NCBI GenBank assembly: GCA_964228775.1
Contig: CAXRBW010000148.1
Span: forward strand, 1-41,207
DNA from: Pyrinomonadaceae bacterium
GTDB lineage: Bacteria > Acidobacteriota > Blastocatellia > Pyrinomonadales > Pyrinomonadaceae
DNA length: 41,207 nucleotides
Direction of reading: 5' to 3'
The notes under the pieces were generated by a model. The model was not told the DNA's origin, did not search any database, and saw only the letters and a program-made list of their open reading frames with translations. Of the stretch, positions 20,096 through 26,900 are shown piece after piece. The translations under genes and the position numbers were made by a program. Position 1 is the stretch's first letter, and every line of letters starts with the position of its first letter.

Positions 20096-20262
20096 GGCAC
20101 GATTCTATGGATTCTAGTGGTACCAATTCAACAAAAGACATCGACAATTTTCATTCAGTTAGATCTCAATAAATGATTTTTCCTGTTGAGATCATTGAGA
20201 AAAATCTGAGGTGGCCTAAATATTTGCTCTTTGAACACTGAATTTGCTATAAAAATCATTCG

Positions 20263-20291
20263 TTTACACTGCAAAATCCGCACTGTATTCA
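20263..20291 (+). promoter_or_regulatory. Putative sigma70-type promoter for tRNA-Thr
   Basis: TTTACA (20263-20268), a 17-nt spacer, then TATTCA (20286-20291), ending 9 nt before the tRNA 5' end. Confidence 0.3.
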
Positions 20292-20300
20292 TGTATAAAC

Positions 20301-20376
20301 GCCACCTTAGCTCAGTTGGTAGAGCATTCGATTCGTAATCGAAAGGTCGTCGGTTCAAATCCGACAGGTGGCTCCA
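20301..20376 (+). tRNA. tRNA-Thr (anticodon CGU)
   Basis: A 76-nt cloverleaf. The acceptor GCCACCT pairs with AGGTGGC. The D-arm is AGCTCAGTTGGTAGAGC. The anticodon stem TTCGA/TCGAA carries loop TTCGTAA. The T-arm is GTCGGTTCAAATCCGAC, and CCA is encoded. Confidence 0.92.
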
Positions 20377-20386
20377 TAATTGATCT

Positions 20387-20417
20387 AAGACCTCGAGAGA
20401 GGTCTTTTCTGTTTTTT
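20387..20417 (+). terminator. Rho-independent terminator after tRNA-Thr
   Basis: AAGACCTC, loop GAGA, GAGGTCTT, followed by TTCTGTTTTTT. Confidence 0.75.
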
Positions 20418-20467
20418 AAGGGGTATGAATTGTTGTACGTTGGAGAATTGGAGTTCTAATTCAAAGG

Positions 20468-21505
20468 ATGATTTCAAACCTGCAAATTCTCCGAGCCTTG
20501 GCGGCGATCAATGTGGTCTTCTTCCATGTTCTCGTATGGGGGAAAAATTGGTATGGAATCGACGCCCCTTATCTAGGATACATGCGTGGTTGGGGTGAAA
20601 GCGGCGTTGATGTATTTTTTGTAATGTCAGGATTTCTGCTGGTTTATAGCCAAGCGCGAAACCCAAGAGGTGTTTGGGACTTTGGTGTGAATCGCATTTT
20701 GAGAATTGTTCCGCTTTATTGGATTCTGACGATTCTCTTTGCGGTGATAGACATCTCCTCGCCTGGAATCTTGACCTCTGCGCCAACTACACCGGAATTT
20801 TTACTCTCCTCTCTCGGCTTCTTGTCACGGATGACAGGTCATGCTTATCCATTGATGATTGTCGGTTGGACCTTGGATTTCGAGATGTTCTTTTATCTCA
20901 TAATCGCGCTTGGAATATTAGTATTTGGACACGGAAAAACCTACACAGTTACGGCGGCGATTTTTCTGCTTTTTGTAACGATGAATTGGGCTGACGCGTT
21001 GATAATCGAATTCCTTTTCGGAGTTTTGATTGGACTTCTCTATGTTAGAGACTCCAATGGAAAACTTGCTCGGACACTTTTGGCACTCGGAGTCGTCCTG
21101 TTGTTTGCGAGCATCCACATAAGTGACGAGCAGTGGAATTCATGGCGATTGATTGGCGCTGAGTATGGTCTTGAGGCAAGTAAGAATGATTTGAGGCTCG
21201 TCATTTGGGGAGTTCCATCGGCGTTGATAGTTTATGGAGTAGTTAATCTTAAACAAATAAAAACTCCAGTACTTCTTTTCCTCGGAAACTGCTCATACAG
21301 CATCTTTCTTGTGCAGGCTATTTTTCTCCCACTTGCTCTAAGACTTTTCTTGCCATATACGGAGAGTCTTAATGTGGACATCGGATCTCTTCTTATAGTG
21401 ATTTTCACGATTGGAGTTGGCGTGGCAACCCATTACCTTATGGAGCGCCCGTTGGCGCTAATGGCAAAGCAACTTCAATCAATCATTTCAAAACAGCCCG
21501 TATGA
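20468..21505 (+). CDS. Acyltransferase family 3 integral membrane protein (OafA/NolL-like O-acyltransferase)
   Basis: The N-terminal LRALAAINVVFFHV...GVDVFFVMSGFL motif is followed by about 10 hydrophobic segments. Confidence 0.85.
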   Translation: MISNLQILRALAAINVVFFHVLVWGKNWYGIDAPYLGYMRGWGESGVDVFFVMSGFLLVYSQARNPRGVWDFGVNRILRIVPLYWILTILFAVIDISSPGILTSAPTTPEFLLSSLGFLSRMTGHAYPLMIVGWTLDFEMFFYLIIALGILVFGHGKTYTVTAAIFLLFVTMNWADALIIEFLFGVLIGLLYVRDSNGKLARTLLALGVVLLFASIHISDEQWNSWRLIGAEYGLEASKNDLRLVIWGVPSALIVYGVVNLKQIKTPVLLFLGNCSYSIFLVQAIFLPLALRLFLPYTESLNVDIGSLLIVIFTIGVGVATHYLMERPLALMAKQLQSIISKQPV

Positions 21506-21915
21506 ATCCTGAATATTTTCAGGTTCGCTTCTCTTCTCCATTGACTGTCTCTGTTTGGCCGGCATCGTTTGCAATCATCACAGCATGGCCAACAACGGGC
21601 GAAGTCTGGCAGCCGAGTAGGATTGGAGAGGCGGATAGAAAACTGGTTGCCAGGCTTGAATCTGAATCTGGATGGGTTGTTCCTTTGACCGGTTATTCAC
21701 CGGCGACAGGTCATTCCGAACCTGGATGGGGCGCAGAAATTGAATTTGAAAAGGCCTGTGATATTGGACAAGAGTGGTTACAGGACGCTGTCTATTTCGT
21801 GCAAGACGAGATCTTATTTGTGAGTTTCTGCGACCACAGAAGAAAACCTTTCCAAGTTGGGAACTTCTTTGAGAGGCTCGATTCTCACGATGTTGTCACT
21901 GCTTCGTTGAAATAA
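21502..21915 (+). CDS. Hypothetical protein, DUF3293-like
   Basis: Its ATG overlaps the acyltransferase stop as ATGA. The pattern FAIITAWPTTGE...N...L...L...G....GYSP..GHSEPGWG...A..IGQEW.Q.AV recalls DUF3293 (from memory; not verified). Confidence 0.55.
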   Translation: MNPEYFQVRFSSPLTVSVWPASFAIITAWPTTGEVWQPSRIGEADRKLVARLESESGWVVPLTGYSPATGHSEPGWGAEIEFEKACDIGQEWLQDAVYFVQDEILFVSFCDHRRKPFQVGNFFERLDSHDVVTASLK

Positions 21916-22849
21916 AAATCGCTTGGTCACCGATTCCCTCGGAATTAACACGGCGTGCTTCTTCTGAAAACATTTTTAATTCCGATTCGGTAAAGTTGCT
22001 TCGTTGTGATTCAAAACTTGCTTGTCCTTCTAGCAGTGCGACATCCCTTTGGTAAAGCTCGCTTCCCCAAAACTGAAAATCAAAAGAATCAAATTTCACC
22101 GTTTCCATTTCAAGGCCCGCCGATGAAATCAAAATACCAATGCTTTTCAAAGAGTGGAGATAGAAATGTCGGGGAGCGTCTAGTTGAACCCAATCCCGAC
22201 CGTACTTTTGATAGGCAAAAGACGAGGATAGTGGAATTCTGATAACCAATTTGCCACCTTTGACGAGCAATTCCGAAGCGCTCTTGATGACTTCGCTTTG
22301 TCGCGGCATGTGTTCAAAGGAATGATTGAAGAAGATTGAGTCATATTCACCAGCATGTTCGAAAATACTTTGTTTTCTTATTACAAGATGGTCGTCGACT
22401 ATTTGATCTTCAGAAATAAATGGATCAATGCCCGTTAGGTTTTTGAAGCCTGCGTTTCTGAGTTGCCTTAAAAATCCGCCGCCACCCGAACCGACATCTA
22501 ATATCCTAAGATTCTTATTTCGCAGCGCCGAAGAAACGTTGCGGATTTCCTCTTTACTCTTAACCCAGTACAGAAGTCGCCCGACAACCCCTTTACCTGT
22601 AGCGGCAAACATATCCCTTTGACCGACAAGGAACCTTAGCAATGGACTATCTGATGGTATGGTGTTAGCAAGCGAATAGTAATCAGAAGGGTAGTGCTTG
22701 TCGATCGATTCCGGATACAAATCTATCTGAAGACATTCACAGAAATCACAACGGAAATAGTCGAATGTTTCGCGGGAGCCGAACATCATTTCGCGAGCAG
22801 TGATAATTCCGAAATCGCCTGAAGAGTTACAAATACGACAAGTTTTCAT
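21896..22849 (-). CDS. Class I SAM-dependent methyltransferase with an N-terminal Cys4 zinc-ribbon
   Basis: CRICNS...CDFCE at the N-terminus. SAM motif I is ILDVGSGGGGFLRQL. No DPPY/NPPY or PCQ motif is present, so it is not an obvious DNA methyltransferase. Its 3' end overlaps the convergent DUF3293-like ORF by 20 nt. Confidence 0.8.
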   Translation of the reverse strand: MKTCRICNSSGDFGIITAREMMFGSRETFDYFRCDFCECLQIDLYPESIDKHYPSDYYSLANTIPSDSPLLRFLVGQRDMFAATGKGVVGRLLYWVKSKEEIRNVSSALRNKNLRILDVGSGGGGFLRQLRNAGFKNLTGIDPFISEDQIVDDHLVIRKQSIFEHAGEYDSIFFNHSFEHMPRQSEVIKSASELLVKGGKLVIRIPLSSSFAYQKYGRDWVQLDAPRHFYLHSLKSIGILISSAGLEMETVKFDSFDFQFWGSELYQRDVALLEGQASFESQRSNFTESELKMFSEEARRVNSEGIGDQAIFISTKQ

Positions 22850-22855
22850 AGCTTG

Positions 22856-23455
22856 CTATTCAAGATCTGAAATAGCCTTTTTGATTTTCTCAATCAGCCT
22901 GTTCCCGTCGGCAAGGCTGAACGGTGATTTCCAATCGTCAGATGCTCTAAGCTCGAGACCTTCCTCAATTTGCACGGATTTCCAACCTGTTGGTGTTTCT
23001 ATTGATCGTTCTTCGACATTCTTTGTTTCAGCTATCTTCGTAAGCTCAGAAGAGGTCGTTGAGAGATTAACGTCATTCCTATATGACGCGTAGTCCTCAA
23101 TCTCATCGGCACTTTCGAAATCCGGCAGCGGGCGAGAAATAAACGTTTCGAGTGGTATGACGTGGGGTCCCTTAAATGTTTTCTTAATTTGTCTTATCGA
23201 GAACCCAACTGACTGCAATTTCTTAACAGCTACCGCAGTCAATACATGTTGGTGATTGAAAACTGCCTGGACACCCTCTTTTGAGATGGCGGGTGGCAGT
23301 AATCCTTCGGTCAAATAAAATCTTAGAGAACGTTCATTGAGAGACTCATTCACATTACCCCGACCCTGGCCGATGCGAACCTTGGCAATCTCCGTGTTAA
23401 CCGCTTCAACTAGATTCTTAACGCCCAATATCTTGTTTCTATTACTCGAACTCAT
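22856..23455 (-). CDS. Hypothetical protein with a divergent MerR-like HTH segment and an acidic C-terminal half
   Basis: SLRFYLTEGLLPPAISKEG..AVFNHQHVLTAVAVKKLQSVGFSIRQIKK resembles the MerR wing and start of the dimerisation helix (R.YE..GLL.P......R.Y......L..I..L...GFSL..IK). The stop lies 6 nt before the methyltransferase start, so the two are probably co-transcribed. Confidence 0.5.
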   Translation of the reverse strand: MSSSNRNKILGVKNLVEAVNTEIAKVRIGQGRGNVNESLNERSLRFYLTEGLLPPAISKEGVQAVFNHQHVLTAVAVKKLQSVGFSIRQIKKTFKGPHVIPLETFISRPLPDFESADEIEDYASYRNDVNLSTTSSELTKIAETKNVEERSIETPTGWKSVQIEEGLELRASDDWKSPFSLADGNRLIEKIKKAISDLE

Positions 23456-23465
23456 ACTGGGCAGT

Positions 23466-23493
23466 AGAATACTGTCATTTTATGAAATGTCAA
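23466..23493 (-). promoter_or_regulatory. Putative promoter of the MerR-like/methyltransferase operon, possibly giving a (near-)leaderless mRNA
   Basis: The minus strand reads TTGACA (23493-23488), a 16-nt spacer, then TATTCT (23471-23466). Only 10 nt separate the -10 element from the ATG at 23455, and no SD is present. Confidence 0.35.
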
Positions 23494-23958
23494 TAAAATA
23501 GGCATTGTTATTCTGTCAGTGAAGTACTGTTACTTCTTTTTGCACTCGGCGGCTAGGCTTGGGCCGAGCTGAATCGAATAGATCTGATGGTCCGGATTTG
23601 GACTGTCGGTAAATGAAATGATGGCTCGTTTCATGGACCATGAACTGCTCGACGAGGAGACGGGTCAGGTTCTAATCGGAACGGTTTCATGGTGCTCTTG
23701 TCGAAATACTCTGTTCGGTTTTCGCGGTGGTCTTGCTGATGCTAGCAACTTATTATTCAAGTCGTGATGATGTTCGTACTTCTCAGCGAATCCGGACTCA
23801 ACTAGCCATTGAAATCAGAGTATGAATTTGGCCGGTAAATCTGCTATTGTTGGCAGACGAAAAAGTAGTTGTCCGCATTCTACTTGCTCAAAATCTTAAT
23901 CGTTTAGTTTGTCTCTGAACGAGAAGTTTACGGGTGTGATTGGAAAAATCATTCACGT

Positions 23959-26900
23959 ATGAAGAGACAGTCCGAAACATTCAAATCAACCGCTGCGATT
24001 CTGCGCAATGCAGAGCGTGTTTTCGTACTCACTGGTGCGGGGGTTTCTGCTGAGTCCGGGGTTCCTACATTCAAAGGAGGCGGACAATCGCAGACTTGGC
24101 AGGGTAGGTCGTTTTCATCACTTTCCTCAGTAACCCTAATCGAAGAAGATCTTCCACTTGTGTGGGAATGGTTCGATTACAGGCTTAATCTGATCAGCCA
24201 ATGTAACCCGAATGCGGCGCATGAGGTGCTCGCCAAAGCCTCCAAATACTCAAGATACAAAAGCTTTTCACTTGTAACTCAAAACATCGATGGTCTTCAT
24301 GAGTCCGCCGGCTCCGAAGGAGTCGTGGAACTACATGGGAGTATCTGGAGGGCGAGATGTCTAGGCTGTGGTGCGATTGAGCCTATCTCAGAGATTCCGA
24401 AGGAGGATCGGCCGCCTGTCTGCGGTGGGTGTGGGGATTCGATGAGGCCTGATGTAGTGCTCTTCGGGGAAACATTGTCTAGTGCTTCTTATGGACTCGC
24501 ACATGCGTACGCTGCTGCATGTGATGTCTGCTTGGTAATTGGAACTTCTGCACTAGTGTATCCGGCGGCGGCGTTGCCGCAGGCGGCTCGGCGAAATGGG
24601 GCAAAAATAATCGAGATAAATCCCGAAGAAACTGCGGTCAGTAAATACGCTGATATTTCAATAAGACGGGCGGTAGCAGAGGTTCTCCCTCAATTATTCA
24701 GTTTTATCGAAGAGGGAGAGGTTGATTCCGAGGCACTCGAAGAACCACCAGAGATAAAGGAAGCAATAAAGGCCTATCTCGAGGAAAAAGGTGGCGAGGA
24801 GCTTACAGAAGAGGAGTTTGATCTATCACCAATACTTGACGATCGGTTCAGGGAAAATAGGAAGAGACTTGTATCGTTCGCTTTTGAAGGTGGAGGCGCA
24901 GAATTATACCGCTTCACGACAGATAGGGGCGATACCTTCTTATTCGTTTCAGGGGGTAGTGTCGATACAAATAATGAAACGAACGAAGAGTGGCTTTGGT
25001 GGGGACCTGTCGTTGTCGATTCTGTAAAAGACGGTATTACGAGAATCGCAGGGGAAGATTTGATTTTTCATATCGCGCGGGCGTTCGTACATCCAGACTG
25101 CATCGACGATGTAACGGAATATGTGCAAAAGGTGTTTTCTGATCTTTCGGAAGCTTCTCTCCGTAAGTTAGCGCTGTTCAAAAAGCCGACCACTGTCGAG
25201 GAATGGTTATCTAAAGCAAATCATGATGAAGCCCTGTTCAATTCAACTGAAGAAGAAGCCTTGGAACAAACTGTGGGTGAATCGCAGGAAGAGCTTCATC
25301 AGTCGATGCAATCAGATGTGGCTGCGGAGCAAAAACCGTCAGAGCGAGCCATTTATTCCAATCGAGCTAACAGACACTTTCTCCTGTTTTGGCGCAGCAC
25401 CACCTTAATCGCCCATGAGAGATCTAAATCACTCTTGGATCTGATTTCAAGCAATCAAATTTCAGAAGTCAATAACGGTGACACCCTCTGGGTCGTAACT
25501 GTGATTGATGGCGAACTTGTACTGTGCGGAAGAATGGTTGTGGGCGAGGTTCTTGATCGTCACGGAGCAAGTGAGAGATTCGGTGACAAAGATTTATGGA
25601 AGTCAGATTGGTTTGCAGTAGCAAAAGAATCTACTCCTTGCGAGAGGCTCCGCCGAATACATCTCGGAGAAAGCGCATTCGATCTTAGATTTAATGATGA
25701 GTTTGAAGACAGATTTGTCGCAGCAGATGGGCGGATATCGAGAAGCCAGACGAGGCAGATGCGCGAACTTACGGATGGGACGGTTGAACTGCTAGAAGAA
25801 GTTTGGAAGGAGGGAGATCTGACAGAGGTTTCAGATGAAGAGATAGAGATACTTGTCAGAAATCTAGATTCTAGTTCGCCTCCGATGGTTGATAGCGCCG
25901 AAACGAATGGAAAACTGTTTGGAAAGTTTGAAGGGTGCCTTCTAGGTGGTGCTGTAGGAGATGCACTTGGAGCGGGAGTGGAATTTTCCTCGTTTGAAAA
26001 CATTTTGGAACTATACGGAGAAGATGGTGTGACTGACTATGTGCCGTGTTTTGGAAGTCTCGGCGCAGTCACCGATGAAACTCAATTATCACTTTTCACA
26101 GCCGAGGGTTTACTGAGGGCCGAAGTTCGTAGGAAAGAAAAGGGTATTTGTTATCCTGCTGCGATTGTCTACAACTCATATCTTAGGTGGTTACGAACAC
26201 AAGGGGTGGAACTCGAAGGAGATGAGTTGAGAGAGCAGGTTTATGAATCTCCGAGCTGGCTAGGGGACATATCGGCGATGAATTCAAAGCGGGCGCCCGG
26301 CAGTACCTGTTTGAGTGAACTCGCCTCAGGTGTAATGGGAACAACTGCAGAGCCATTGAATTCAAGCAAAGAAAGTGGGGGTTTGATGAGAACTGCGGTG
26401 GTTGGTCTCATAACAAACGAACCTTTTGAACTAGCCGCGGAAATTGCCGCAATAACCCATGGGCATCCCAGCGCCTTTCTAAGCGCGGCGGTAGTTGCAG
26501 AAATTATTCGTAAGCTTTTATCGGGAAACTCATTGATTGATTCAATTGAGCACACTCTTTACGAGGAACTGCCGAATCATGAAGGATATGAAGAAATCCT
26601 TTCGGTATGCCACAGGGCGCTTAGTCTTGCCAAAATGCAGACTCGAGATATTGGAACAGGTACAAATGACGTTTCAACACTCGAATTGGAGTTAAGAGAA
26701 TTGAAAGACCTCGAAATACCCTCCCATAGGTCGGTTGAATGGATTGGTAAAGGTTGGGTAGCGGAAGAAACCTTGGCGATTGCGCTCTATTGTTCAGTGG
26801 TCTACTCCAACGACTTCAGAAACGGATTAGAACTTTCCATCAACCACTCAGGCAACAGCAATGGAGTTGGTGCATTGACTGGAAATATTTTAGGTACTTG

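Noticed and set aside
20155-20358. A 67-aa minus-strand ORF.
   Set aside because: It overlaps the tRNA-Thr gene and its promoter region. Its translation is simply the reverse complement of the tRNA plus AT-rich spacer.
21896-22849. The methyltransferase as part of a restriction-modification system.
   Set aside because: - No DPPY/NPPY (N6/N4) or PCQ/ENV (C5) catalytic motifs are present.
- No adjacent nuclease or specificity gene is present.
- It looks like a small-molecule or sugar class I methyltransferase with a Zn-ribbon.
23628-23692. A 9-nt direct repeat, GTTTCATGG, at 23628-23636 and 23684-23692 in the long intergenic region.
   Set aside because: A single 9-mer recurrence within about 500 bp is close to chance expectation, and the surrounding sequence is not repeated. 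I do not treat it as an operator without conservation data.
23959-24708. The SIR2 domain as a Thoeris ThsA-like or DSR-like NADase defence effector.
   Set aside because: - No TIR, SLOG, HerA, pAgo or DSR-type partner domains or genes are present.
- The domain keeps the four-Cys zinc module and is collinear with CobB-type protein deacylases, unlike most defence SIR2 domains.
- A defence role is not excluded, but membership of a known system cannot be claimed.
25560-26003. A 147-aa antisense ORF inside the SIR2-ARH gene, and similar internal or antisense ORFs (13753-14196, 16123-16329, 19292-19600, 35579-36114, and others).
   Set aside because: - They lie fully within genes that have strong family signatures on the other strand.
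- Their translations are low-complexity and rich in Ser, Pro and Arg.
- They have no recognisable motifs, as expected for shadow ORFs.
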